The position numbers and the translations under genes were made by a program. From a virus (taxonomy: Duplodnaviria; Caudoviricetes): a stretch of 24,801 nucleotides of DNA. The DNA is taken from the IMG/VR virus record IMGVR_UViG_3300008267_000344, positions 1 through 24,801 of that record, one strand, 5' to 3'. Below the pieces are notes generated by a model. It worked only from the letters and a program-made list of their open reading frames with translations, made no database searches and was not told the DNA's origin. This document shows, in pieces, positions 9,109 through 18,941 of the stretch (position 1 is the stretch's first letter; every line of letters begins with the position of its first letter).

Positions 9109-12100
9109 TGGCAGGTAATATTAAAATAGTAGGTGAAATTTTAAATACTCAACAAGTATCTCGTTATGATTCTGATGATACTAATCTGCTTTCCCCCATA
9201 TTATTAAAAGAAGATTTTGGCAACCCAAATGATTATATTGAATATTTTGTTTATGATGCCGGAGGTAATCTTTTAAATTTAAATTACAGTTATAAAGATT
9301 TTAAATTACCTACTACTTATGGTCAAACTCCTGGAAATTATAATGACATCTCTACAGGAGTTATTTCAAACTATGATTCTCAGTCATATTCTACTTTACC
9401 TATTATAGAAATAGACCCAGTTAAGGATCTCCAAAATTTAGGATACACATCAGGAGAATTTAAAGTTCAATATAATTTTTTTAATAATAAAATTTCTGAT
9501 TCATCTCAAGCAGGTTTATTTTTAAAAGAAATATCAGCTGATAGAACGGAATTGAGAATTGGTTCTACTACACTAACAAATGAACAAATTGAAAGTGGAT
9601 CCTTATCATTAATAAATGAATATAGTTCATCTGCTTATTTTACAGAATATTTACTTAATTTTGGAAATAATACCCAAGTAATAGCTGTTAACACAGCATT
9701 AAATAAAGTTGAATCTGGATACGAAATCTTATTTAAGCTATACCAACCTCTACCAGATATTGTTAATGATAAAGTAACATTATGGGTTGTAAAAGAAAAG
9801 GTTAATCCTTATTCTTTTGATATTAATTTAGATAAATTAATTACTCCTGATCCTGGTCCTCAATTAAGAGGTCCTAATTTTGCAATTGAAACTCCTAATA
9901 AAAACAATATAGGTACTTCATACCAAACTTATGGTACTGTATTAAGTGATCTAAATATATCTTCTTCATATCAACAACTTTTAAGTTTAATAACTTCTCA
10001 AAGTATTGATATTAATACTGATTATTCAAATTTTAGCAATTTTGTATTTTTTAGCTCAGCAAAACAAAGAGTTGTTAATTTTTATAATAAAGTAAAAGAA
10101 ATTGAAGATTATAATAATAATATATCAATATACACTCCTTTAACTTCTAGCAATCCTAGTGTAATATATAATTACAATTCCGCTACAGCTAGTATTAATA
10201 ATATTATAGCTAATTTTGATGGGTTTGAATATTATTTATATTTTGAAAATGAATCGACTTTAACTTCATCTTTAGAATATGGTATAACCCCCTATCCTAA
10301 ATCAAACTCATCAAAACCCTATATTCTATATTCAACATCTTCTATTTCATCTTCAGTTTGGTTTAATCAAGCAACTTCTAGCGCTGATGAGTGGGATGAC
10401 TACAATCAGAATAAACTGACATATACTGTTCCTTCTTTTATAAAAGATGATGGAAATAATGAACCATACCTTAACTTTCTTGATATGGTTGGACATTATT
10501 TTGATAATATATGGATTTTCTTACAAGCTGTTACTGATGTTAATTTAGCAAATAATAATTTAGAAAAAGGAGTTTCTAAAGATTTAGTATATTATGTACT
10601 ACAATCTCTAGGGATTAAATTATATAATCAATATGGAGATTCAGATAATAGTTTATTTTTAGTAGGACAAGATAGTGGTAGTATTAATTTTGATAATAAT
10701 TTTACATACACTGGTTCTTATTTAAATAATGTTCCTCGTAAAGATTTACTCGCTGAAACATATAAACGCATTTATCATAATTTACCTTTATTATTAAAAA
10801 CTAAAGGTACATCTTACGGATTACAAACATTAATATCTACTTTTGGTATTACTAGTAGTGCTTTAGTAGTAAAAGAATATGGTGGTGACCTAAAATCTAA
10901 TACGTTAGATGAATTTAATAATGATAAAATAAGAATAGTAAATAATCAAATTACAGGTAGTGTTCTATCACCATATATTAGTTTAAGATATTTTCCTACT
11001 GCTTCTACTTCATTTAGGACCAATGACTTACAGTATGTAGATATATCTTTTTCTCCTCAAGATAAAATTGATATATATACTTCTGCTTCTGTAGTAGCAT
11101 CAAATCCAACTTGGAGCATAGATGATTTTATAGGAGATCCTAGATATCTATATAGTAGTTCTTATGCTACTTTAGAAGTTGAAAGAAATACTTATTTATC
11201 TCCTCTTATTTCTTCATCAATACCATTTACAGGATCTTCAGCTAGTGGAACTATAGGAGCTACCAATTATAATGACTTTATCCGACTAATTCAATTTTTT
11301 GATAATTCATTATTTAAAATGTTACAAGATTTTGTTCCTGCAAGAACAAGTCTATCAACAGGTATTACTATTTCGTCTCCAATACTTGAAAGAAATAAAT
11401 GGTCATATGCTAATCCTTCTGATTCATCTAAAGTAGATTTAAAAGATGGAATTATAAGTGGTCCTACAATTGGAACAGAATATAGTAAACTTTTCAATTG
11501 TACTTGCTGCCTCCCAGGAAATAAAATTGCTTATTATAATGGTGAAATAACAGGAAGTTATATAAATGTATATAATTATTTTATTAGTAATAGCTTTAAC
11601 CCATACCTTCAACCTACATCTAGTCTAACTACATCGAGTATATATGACTTTATCCACTCAGACTATAATACATTATTAAATAATGTGTCTAGCAGTAGAT
11701 TATCTGCTACTAGACAAAATATAGAATATGTTTATGGTACAACACAAAGTATAATATCACCTGCTCAGTTACAGGATTCATATGAATCTTTAAGGACACA
11801 TCAATTATCGCGCTATGAAGGTACTAAATTATTTAGTTTAAAATATAATACATACAGTAGCGCTTCTGCTACCTATACAGGAGATGTTTCATTTGGCAAA
11901 ACAGCAGCCATCGATAAAAATGTCCGCAAAATAGGGCTATTCACAGAAATATCCGCATCTCAATATTTACCTGGTCGTAATAAAGTTGCTTTAAAATATC
12001 TTGTAGATGAATTTGGAGGACTAACAGAATTAAACCAGCAAAACTCTCATTGGCATGAAATACAAAATACATTTATAGCTAAAAATACACTAAATGTATC

Positions 12101-13634
12101 TTTATTTGATAATCAAAAGTTTTCAAACCAAAAAAATACAGACGGAAGTAAATTTATTTTTAACAGTGGATATTCTTATTATCCTATAATGTATTTTACT
12201 GGATCTTGTACAGGAAATCAAAGAGTATATTTCCAAAACCAAACAACCCCTAATAGTTTCTTAGCAACTGCTAATAATGGTACTATACCTAGAACTATAA
12301 GCGGTTCCGGAACTCCATCATATCCTGTATCTAGTAATGGAATAATTTTTAAATTATTTGATAATGTAACAGCAGGTTCAGATTATCTTACAGGAGGATT
12401 ATCAAATAATTCTGCTTCCTATGTTGTTCAAGAAAGTGGAGATCATAGAGTAGATGCTAGTTTTGATTTAGCAGTTAATTTTCCTGAGGGAGATGGAGGT
12501 TCAACAACTTTTACTCTTAAATTACTTAAAAATAATTCCCCAGTAGCATCACAACCCCTTACTTATACCATAACCAATAATGCTACTGCTTCTGCAGGGG
12601 TGTTAACACTGTATTCACCTACTTACCAGGCATCTCAGCTTACTTCAACTCCGGTAATTAGCACTAAACCAGTACTAGTAGGAGGATTTAATTATCCAAT
12701 AGGTACTACTTTTTACAAGTGGGATTATTATTTATTTACAGGAAGTGGGTATCCAACTTGTAATCTTCAAGGATTTGATACTTGGTATAGTCTTGGAGAT
12801 TGGTATATAAATGATGGAGGAGTTGATTCTTGTTATTATTTTAATATAGTTCAACCAAATGGAGCTTTTTACTATATACCTGACCTTGAAACTCCATCTG
12901 CTGCAGTTACAAGAAGTTTTAGTATTAGTAGAGGATTATCTAATCCTGTTAATGTTGCCCAAGGAGATATTATATCTTTAGAATTATCTCAATCTGGTTT
13001 AACTACATCAAACTATACTGCTTCTTTATCTGCTGGAAGTTTATCAATAAGTTCATTATCAATTACAACAGGATATACTTCAACTACTTGCCCCTACTTT
13101 AATTCAGGCTCTATATCAGCTTCTATAGCAGCTGGAAATAACAATATTATTGTTTTTAGTAGAGGATTAAGTGATTTTCACGATGGTGGTTATACATTTA
13201 ACCCTAACCCCCTTACTGGTTCTCAAAATAGCTTATATAATATTTACGGTGATGTAGATTATGAATTTACTATTAATCCTCAAGATATTATAATAACATA
13301 TCTATCAGATAATACTTATGCTGAGTCAACTGTAACAAGTGTAACTTCCATAGTAAGTGCTAGTATTGATTTAGTACAAATTGAAATAGATAACCAAATG
13401 TCAGAATTACAAAGAAACAATCTAATGTCTGGGTCCTATCAAAAATTCTTAGTATTAAAGAGAGTAGAAGACGAGACTAATGCTTATTTAACCTTTCCAA
13501 AACGTGATGGTAAAACTTCATATGGTTTTGCAATTCCTGAAAATATAGCCCCTGATTTCTTAGCTAATATAGATACTATTACTAAGGAAGTAAAACAAAA
13601 ATTATTAGCAGATCAACAAGGAACAACAGTATAA
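9108..13634 (+). CDS. large baseplate protein (gp7 / P2 gpI-like core with accessory beta domains)
   Basis: 1508 aa; FLDMVGHYFDNIW, RIYHNLP.LLKTKGT..GL..LI..FG and FVPAR motifs resemble baseplate wedge/tail-I proteins; S/T/N-rich C-terminal part. Confidence 0.65.
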   Translation: MAGNIKIVGEILNTQQVSRYDSDDTNLLSPILLKEDFGNPNDYIEYFVYDAGGNLLNLNYSYKDFKLPTTYGQTPGNYNDISTGVISNYDSQSYSTLPIIEIDPVKDLQNLGYTSGEFKVQYNFFNNKISDSSQAGLFLKEISADRTELRIGSTTLTNEQIESGSLSLINEYSSSAYFTEYLLNFGNNTQVIAVNTALNKVESGYEILFKLYQPLPDIVNDKVTLWVVKEKVNPYSFDINLDKLITPDPGPQLRGPNFAIETPNKNNIGTSYQTYGTVLSDLNISSSYQQLLSLITSQSIDINTDYSNFSNFVFFSSAKQRVVNFYNKVKEIEDYNNNISIYTPLTSSNPSVIYNYNSATASINNIIANFDGFEYYLYFENESTLTSSLEYGITPYPKSNSSKPYILYSTSSISSSVWFNQATSSADEWDDYNQNKLTYTVPSFIKDDGNNEPYLNFLDMVGHYFDNIWIFLQAVTDVNLANNNLEKGVSKDLVYYVLQSLGIKLYNQYGDSDNSLFLVGQDSGSINFDNNFTYTGSYLNNVPRKDLLAETYKRIYHNLPLLLKTKGTSYGLQTLISTFGITSSALVVKEYGGDLKSNTLDEFNNDKIRIVNNQITGSVLSPYISLRYFPTASTSFRTNDLQYVDISFSPQDKIDIYTSASVVASNPTWSIDDFIGDPRYLYSSSYATLEVERNTYLSPLISSSIPFTGSSASGTIGATNYNDFIRLIQFFDNSLFKMLQDFVPARTSLSTGITISSPILERNKWSYANPSDSSKVDLKDGIISGPTIGTEYSKLFNCTCCLPGNKIAYYNGEITGSYINVYNYFISNSFNPYLQPTSSLTTSSIYDFIHSDYNTLLNNVSSSRLSATRQNIEYVYGTTQSIISPAQLQDSYESLRTHQLSRYEGTKLFSLKYNTYSSASATYTGDVSFGKTAAIDKNVRKIGLFTEISASQYLPGRNKVALKYLVDEFGGLTELNQQNSHWHEIQNTFIAKNTLNVSLFDNQKFSNQKNTDGSKFIFNSGYSYYPIMYFTGSCTGNQRVYFQNQTTPNSFLATANNGTIPRTISGSGTPSYPVSSNGIIFKLFDNVTAGSDYLTGGLSNNSASYVVQESGDHRVDASFDLAVNFPEGDGGSTTFTLKLLKNNSPVASQPLTYTITNNATASAGVLTLYSPTYQASQLTSTPVISTKPVLVGGFNYPIGTTFYKWDYYLFTGSGYPTCNLQGFDTWYSLGDWYINDGGVDSCYYFNIVQPNGAFYYIPDLETPSAAVTRSFSISRGLSNPVNVAQGDIISLELSQSGLTTSNYTASLSAGSLSISSLSITTGYTSTTCPYFNSGSISASIAAGNNNIIVFSRGLSDFHDGGYTFNPNPLTGSQNSLYNIYGDVDYEFTINPQDIIITYLSDNTYAESTVTSVTSIVSASIDLVQIEIDNQMSELQRNNLMSGSYQKFLVLKRVEDETNAYLTFPKRDGKTSYGFAIPENIAPDFLANIDTITKEVKQKLLADQQGTTV

Positions 13635-13655
13635 TAATAAACCTGAATTTTTAAT

Positions 13656-13663
13656 ATATTTAT
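13656..13663 (+). promoter_or_regulatory. ATATTTAT motif, putative phage late promoter
   Basis: 20 nt upstream of ATG 13684. Confidence 0.55.
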
Positions 13664-13683
13664 AGTATATACAATAGAATAAT

Positions 13684-14346
13684 ATGGCAATTTTAAATCC
13701 TACAGTAATAACAGTAGATGCAATACTAACCACAAAAGGCCGTGAATTGTTGGCTCGTAATGATGGTTCATTTCAAATCACTCAGTTTTCATTAGCTGAT
13801 GATGAAATTGATTATACCTTATATAACCCTAATCACCCATCTGGTTCTGCATTTTACGGTGAAGCAATTGAAAACACTCCCGTATTAGAAGCATTTCCTA
13901 ATGAATCACAGATAATGCGCTATAAATTAGTAACTCTGCCTCGTGGTACATCTAAGCTACCAGTTATTAATTTAGGATATAACAGTATTACATTACGTCA
14001 AGGGGCTTCACTTACAATTACTCCTCAAACTCTTAATTATTTGGGTTCTACAAGTACCTTTGAAGCTAATGGATATACTGCTACAATTGCTGATTCTCGT
14101 CTAGTATCTTCATTTACAGGAACTGGTATTACAACTACAACTCCTGTTTCTGGATTAAATACAACAACAGGAACTGTATTATCAGTAACTCAAGTTGGTA
14201 CTTCATTTACTTTAACTGGTACTACAATTAATATACTATTTGGTTCTACATTAACATCATTAGCTACTACAATTACTGTAATAGGTAGAGATAGTGGTGC
14301 TAGAGTTACAATTCCACTTAACGTTCAAAAAGTATCAACAATATAA
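13684..14346 (+). CDS. virion structural protein (baseplate / tail-fibre attachment-like)
   Basis: N-terminal AILTTKGRELLA...ITQFSLAD resembles the start of tail-collar/fibre N-terminal domains (DUF3751-like); Thr-rich beta C-terminus. Confidence 0.6.
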   Translation: MAILNPTVITVDAILTTKGRELLARNDGSFQITQFSLADDEIDYTLYNPNHPSGSAFYGEAIENTPVLEAFPNESQIMRYKLVTLPRGTSKLPVINLGYNSITLRQGASLTITPQTLNYLGSTSTFEANGYTATIADSRLVSSFTGTGITTTTPVSGLNTTTGTVLSVTQVGTSFTLTGTTINILFGSTLTSLATTITVIGRDSGARVTIPLNVQKVSTI

Positions 14347-14354
14347 TTTAACAT

Positions 14355-15392
14355 ATGTCATTCGTAAGATATAACACAGAAGATTCAGTAATTAGCTCCG
14401 AAACCGTAGTGCGTGGTTTGTTTTTATCTAATAACGGAGATAGTAATTTTATAAGCAGCTATTTTACCTCAAGTAACTACACTTCATCTGAGTACTATCT
14501 AGATGTATATAATAGTGACCCTTTAGTATCAGGATCTGTACAATTCAGCATCCAGTTTGGTAACCTATTCGGATCTGGTTCTAAAGTAATTAATACAAAT
14601 GTTGCTGCTGGAGGTTATACTCCTTCTCGTGTTGTATATGGTGAATATAGAAATTTAGTTTACGGAACTGAAACCCAAAACTTTACATTTGATAATGGAG
14701 CTACTTCTGGTAGTCAAATTTTTGTACTTAATTTTTCTCGTACTCGTTATAAAGAATCTTTATTACCTGGTTCTTTTAATTTAACATTAAGTAGTGGAAG
14801 TGGTGGTGCTGCTAGAACAATTTATTTAACAGACGATAGTGGTACAACAGGTTTGACTCGTTTTATTGGTGAAAATAGAGTATACTATGTTATTAGTGGA
14901 AGTAATGGGGTTGGATATAATTCGGCTGCTTCTGCTTCTTACTATGGAATGATGTTTCCTGATCTTAACATTATTATATTAAATGCTACTTCCGGATCTT
15001 CAACATCTATACTACCCTATGTTACTGGATCAAGTGCTAATCTAAACCAAGCAACATCCTCAGCAGTATACAACTACTCCAGATTATACAGTTCAATAGC
15101 TTCAGGATCAGCAATAAGTAGTTTTACCCTGAAATCATCAGAAACTGTTTCTTCACGATATTTCTTTACACGTGTAAAAAATAGTGATTTTAATTATACT
15201 ACTAATCCTTCTATTATAGATGCTAATGGTAATTTGCTATATAGTACATTAATTAATAATCCTCAAACATACATTACAACAGTAGGTATGTATAATGATA
15301 ATAATGAGTTAGTAGCAGTAGCTAAATTAAGTAAACCATTAACAAAAGACTTTACAAAAGAAGCCTTAATTAGAATCAAATTAGACTATTAA
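14355..15392 (+). CDS. virion structural protein (baseplate-associated)
   Basis: 345 aa, S/G-rich; C-terminal YITTVGMYNDNNELVAVAKLSKP; intact paralogue of 15396(N-half)+22417. Confidence 0.7.
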   Translation: MSFVRYNTEDSVISSETVVRGLFLSNNGDSNFISSYFTSSNYTSSEYYLDVYNSDPLVSGSVQFSIQFGNLFGSGSKVINTNVAAGGYTPSRVVYGEYRNLVYGTETQNFTFDNGATSGSQIFVLNFSRTRYKESLLPGSFNLTLSSGSGGAARTIYLTDDSGTTGLTRFIGENRVYYVISGSNGVGYNSAASASYYGMMFPDLNIIILNATSGSSTSILPYVTGSSANLNQATSSAVYNYSRLYSSIASGSAISSFTLKSSETVSSRYFFTRVKNSDFNYTTNPSIIDANGNLLYSTLINNPQTYITTVGMYNDNNELVAVAKLSKPLTKDFTKEALIRIKLDY

Positions 15393-15395
15393 TGC

Positions 15396-17222
15396 ATGTC
15401 TTCATTCAAAAAGTTAAGCAAATCAGACGTTACGGTTGTACCTTACCATGCTAATAAGCAGTGGAATTTATCTTATTGTCCTTATCCCACCTCTTCTGAA
15501 TATGTAATCATATATAAGGGCACTAACCTTACAGGTTCTTTTTCTTCTGATTATGATTTAGTAACAGAAGGACAATATGAAAGGCTAGTTTATCGCGAAA
15601 TAAATCATTTATTTTATCAAAACTATTCTGCTTCTTTAGATACTTCATCTCTAATGAATTCTATCTACTATGAATCAGCTTCTCAACAAAGACCAACTTC
15701 ATCATATTTTATATATAATGATAGCTCCAACTTAATTAAGAATTTCCCTACAGGAGCTATGGAAAGTATTCGTGTATTAGCTATTAATCAAAATATATAT
15801 AGCAACAAAGTATTACCTTATCATTTTCAATTATCTTCATCTGCATATTTTGTAACTGATGATGGATATGGAAATTTAATAGACTTAAGATCATCATTAA
15901 ATCGTAAATATTTTGTAAATGGATTTTTTGATGCAGAATTATATTTTCTTGATTCTGGATCTGAAAGTGACACCCCTGTAGGAAACATATTTTATGCCCA
16001 TGGATTAGCAATAATAACTAATCAGGACTATCAATACATGTTTCCTCAAACTCCAATAGCTATAAATGATAGTGCTTCTTTCCTAACTACCACATCTCCC
16101 AAAACAATATCAGCGTCTTTAAATGATTATGCTAGAAGTGGAACTTTAAATACAAGTTCTATTTTGTTATCGGGTAGTATTAGTGGTTCTGGATATTCTT
16201 GGGCAACTTCAAGTAATGGTACTGTTGTATTAACAACTACAACTCCTGGTACTTATAGTGTATATTATACTGTAGGAGCGGATATGGCTGCTTCTGATTG
16301 TCCTATTAATTTAAGAAGCAATAAAGCAAAAATAACAGCTTATGTTAAACCTGAGTGTTATTTAATAGGAAATGTATCTCAATGTAGTGGAGTATATATT
16401 ATTACTTTAACAGCAGTAGGTGCTAATGCTGGTCCTTTTGATATATATACTAATGTTGATGGATTTTGTAATCCAATAAGAACAAGTATTTCAAAATCAA
16501 ATCTATTAACAGGATATAATGTAACTTCTTATCTTCCTAGTGGTGTTACTACAATTAGAATTAAATCAACCGGAGCTTGTTTGAACTATGTAGATCTTTC
16601 TATAACAAATTGTACAACAACAACTACTACAAGCACAACAACTACAACTACTACACTACCACCAGGAGAAACAACTACTACAACTAGTACAAGTACGACT
16701 ACAACAACAACAACTTTATCCCCAGGGGAAACAACTACAACAACTACTACTACCACAACAACAACTACTAGTACAACTACAACTACTACAACTCAAGAAC
16801 CTAATTTGTTCCTTGTATATGAACCAGGTGCTGGAGTTGGAACACAAACTTGGAAAGTATCTTATACTAGTGGAATTGGAGGCAGTGATGTTGTACAATT
16901 GACAGCTACTACTGGTTCTTCTCAAGTTACAGCTAGTGTATACAATGCAGGTCCATTAGGAGCTACAAATCTCTTTACTTCTCTTTATACTAGTGTATTA
17001 AAAACATCAAATGGAGGAGAAGTAAGCGATGAAACATCTATTAGTCTATATATAAGTTCATCTACAGGATGGGAAATCGTTCCTGGTTCTAAAGCATTTA
17101 GCGCTGGAGAGTATGCTACAGGAAGTGGAGGCGCTGGAAGTTTTGTAGATATAACTGCTGACTTTGGTAATCCTACATTTAATCCTGGAGATAAAATAAA
17201 AGTATATATTCAAGAAGGATAA
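15396..17222 (+). CDS. chimeric virion protein: N-half of a 14355 paralogue, Ig/cadherin-like domain, Cys-containing domain, mucin-like Thr tract and C-terminal beta domain
   Basis: aa 1-209 align by eye with the 14355 protein (LP..F.L, TDD, G..F....II.N); then PIAINDSA...NGTV...PGTYSVYYTV (Ig-like); poly-Thr tract. Confidence 0.75.
   Translation: MSSFKKLSKSDVTVVPYHANKQWNLSYCPYPTSSEYVIIYKGTNLTGSFSSDYDLVTEGQYERLVYREINHLFYQNYSASLDTSSLMNSIYYESASQQRPTSSYFIYNDSSNLIKNFPTGAMESIRVLAINQNIYSNKVLPYHFQLSSSAYFVTDDGYGNLIDLRSSLNRKYFVNGFFDAELYFLDSGSESDTPVGNIFYAHGLAIITNQDYQYMFPQTPIAINDSASFLTTTSPKTISASLNDYARSGTLNTSSILLSGSISGSGYSWATSSNGTVVLTTTTPGTYSVYYTVGADMAASDCPINLRSNKAKITAYVKPECYLIGNVSQCSGVYIITLTAVGANAGPFDIYTNVDGFCNPIRTSISKSNLLTGYNVTSYLPSGVTTIRIKSTGACLNYVDLSITNCTTTTTTSTTTTTTTLPPGETTTTTSTSTTTTTTTLSPGETTTTTTTTTTTTTSTTTTTTTQEPNLFLVYEPGAGVGTQTWKVSYTSGIGGSDVVQLTATTGSSQVTASVYNAGPLGATNLFTSLYTSVLKTSNGGEVSDETSISLYISSSTGWEIVPGSKAFSAGEYATGSGGAGSFVDITADFGNPTFNPGDKIKVYIQEG
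16614..16793 (+). repeat. coding poly-Thr (ACN)n tandem repeat, about 3 units separated by L[PS]PGE
   Basis: 60 codons, 46 Thr: T6ST7-LPPGE-T5STST7-LSPGE-T13ST7; mixed ACA/ACT/ACC/ACG codons. Confidence 0.95.
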
Positions 17223-17225
17223 TAA

Positions 17226-17257
17226 TTTGGAAATAATAAAAAAATAAATTATATTTA
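17226..17257 (+). promoter_or_regulatory. Bacteroidota-type promoter (TTTG-N20-TATATTTA) heading the glycan cassette
   Basis: TTTG 17226-17229, TATATTTA 17250-17257, ATG at 17262. Confidence 0.65.
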
Positions 17258-17261
17258 GGTT

Positions 17262-18218
17262 ATGAAGAATTTACGTTATATTTGTGTCCAACCAAGACTA
17301 CTTTATTATGCTTGGCAGGTTGAAGTCATGATTAATAATTTTATTAAACATGGAATTAATCCAAACAACATTGATATTTTAGTTGCTTGGAACCCCGATG
17401 ATTTAACTACATCAGTACAAGCAAATGTTGATGCTTGGGACAAATTAGCAACCCATTACAGCAATGTTAGATTTTTCTTCTATCAAGATACTAGAGAACA
17501 ACCTATACATTATATTTCATCTGTACGTCCTAATATATTAAAACAACATTTTCAAGCTTATCCTGAATTAGAAAATGAAGTAATTTTTTACCATGATTGT
17601 GATGTTATACTAACTAAACAACCAAACTGGGATAAGTTTCTTCATGATAATATTTGGTATTTAAGTGATACTAATCACTACATTAATTATGATTACATTA
17701 TGTCTAAAGGATATGATGTATATAGTAAAATGTGTGAAATAGTAGAAATACCCGAAATTATTCCTAAGCTAATGAATTCTAATTCAGGGGGAGCTCAATA
17801 TATTTTAAAAAACATAAATGCAGATTATTGGGAAAAAGTAGAAAAAGATAGTGAACAACTATTTTACCAAATAACTCAACTCAATAACCAGAAAAAAATA
17901 GCAGATCCTAACCACCATGAATTACAAATATGGTGTGCTGATATGTGGGCGGTACTCTGGAATGGGTGGTTATTGGGAAATGAAACTAAAATAGTACCTG
18001 AAATGGATTTTAGTTGGGCTACTGATACTAAAAATCGCTGGGATGAAACAACTATATTTCATAATGCTGGTGTTACAGGTGATGGAGTTCATTTTTATAA
18101 AGGAATATATCAAAACCAATTACCATACAATATAGAAGATACATTTGATGAACGATTTTGTTCCAAATTATATTTTAACGAAATAAAAGAAACAGCTAAA
18201 AAAACATGTTTAATATAA
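17262..18218 (+). CDS. putative protein O-glycosyltransferase, HPAT / peptidyl-serine galactosyltransferase (GT95/GT96)-like
   Basis: Ordered motifs YYAWQ, Y.SSVRP, IFYHDCD (DxD) and WCADMWA parallel the recalled plant SGT1/HPAT motifs YxxWQ, Y..(I/L)N(K/R)P, LDAD, W..EMY. Confidence 0.6.
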   Translation: MKNLRYICVQPRLLYYAWQVEVMINNFIKHGINPNNIDILVAWNPDDLTTSVQANVDAWDKLATHYSNVRFFFYQDTREQPIHYISSVRPNILKQHFQAYPELENEVIFYHDCDVILTKQPNWDKFLHDNIWYLSDTNHYINYDYIMSKGYDVYSKMCEIVEIPEIIPKLMNSNSGGAQYILKNINADYWEKVEKDSEQLFYQITQLNNQKKIADPNHHELQIWCADMWAVLWNGWLLGNETKIVPEMDFSWATDTKNRWDETTIFHNAGVTGDGVHFYKGIYQNQLPYNIEDTFDERFCSKLYFNEIKETAKKTCLI

Positions 18219-18219
18219 A

Positions 18220-18933
18220 ATGGAAAAAATAATACACCAAATATGGATAGGGCCATATGAAATACCAAATATGGAAAAATATTTTATAAACCTTACTAAA
18301 GAAAAAAACCCAGATTTTAAATATATTTTATGGACAAATGATAATCTTCCTGAACTACATCCTAATGTAATAGAGCGAATGAATTTCTTTTCTCAAGAGG
18401 AAAATTATGCATTAGCAGCAGATGTATTGCGAATAGCACTTGTACGAGAATTTGGAGGAATATATTTAGATGTAGATTGGCAGTGCCATAAAGGACTACA
18501 GGATTTAAATCTAGAAAAACATGATGGGTTTATAGGTTATCATACCGATTACACCTCAGGTAATGAAGTATTTGGAGGGTCTGCTAAAATAGGTTTTATA
18601 GAACATCTATATCAAAAAATGCTTAATTCCCACTCTAATGAAGCTTTTATGCCTTATTGGTTTAATAGTAATTTAAGAGAATATCTAAATGTTGTTGATA
18701 CATGGAATAGGGAAAATTTTACCCCTGATGAATTTGAAAAACATACTTTAAATTTTCTAGATAAAGCAAAACAAAAAGAAATTTTAGCTTTAGCTAGGCA
18801 TGGTGAATTTGACACAATATATTTTTCCCATCATGCTTTATATTCATGGGAACCAACCCATAAAAAAGCCTTTAAAGAAGGAAATATTAACTACAAAGAA
18901 GAATATTGCAAAATAACAGGATATAATAAATAA
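18220..18933 (+). CDS. glycosyltransferase, GT32 / Och1-like DxD sugar-binding family
   Basis: KIIHQIWIG, NPDF.Y.LWT, ADVLR...V...GGIYLDVD family signature. Confidence 0.9.
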   Translation: MEKIIHQIWIGPYEIPNMEKYFINLTKEKNPDFKYILWTNDNLPELHPNVIERMNFFSQEENYALAADVLRIALVREFGGIYLDVDWQCHKGLQDLNLEKHDGFIGYHTDYTSGNEVFGGSAKIGFIEHLYQKMLNSHSNEAFMPYWFNSNLREYLNVVDTWNRENFTPDEFEKHTLNFLDKAKQKEILALARHGEFDTIYFSHHALYSWEPTHKKAFKEGNINYKEEYCKITGYNK

Positions 18934-18941
18934 TAAAAAAC

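Noticed and set aside
11291-11497. Minus-strand 68-aa ORF
   Set aside because: Antisense to the large baseplate gene; no independent support
15784-16011. Minus-strand 75-aa ORF
   Set aside because: Antisense shadow with atypical composition
16614-16793. Repeat as a CRISPR array or DGR variable/template repeat
   Set aside because: No spacers, no reverse transcriptase or template repeat; synonymous codon variation shows protein-level selection
16716-16925. Minus-strand Cys/Ser-rich ORF (metallothionein-like look)
   Set aside because: Artefact of reading the poly-Thr (ACN)n repeat on the opposite strand
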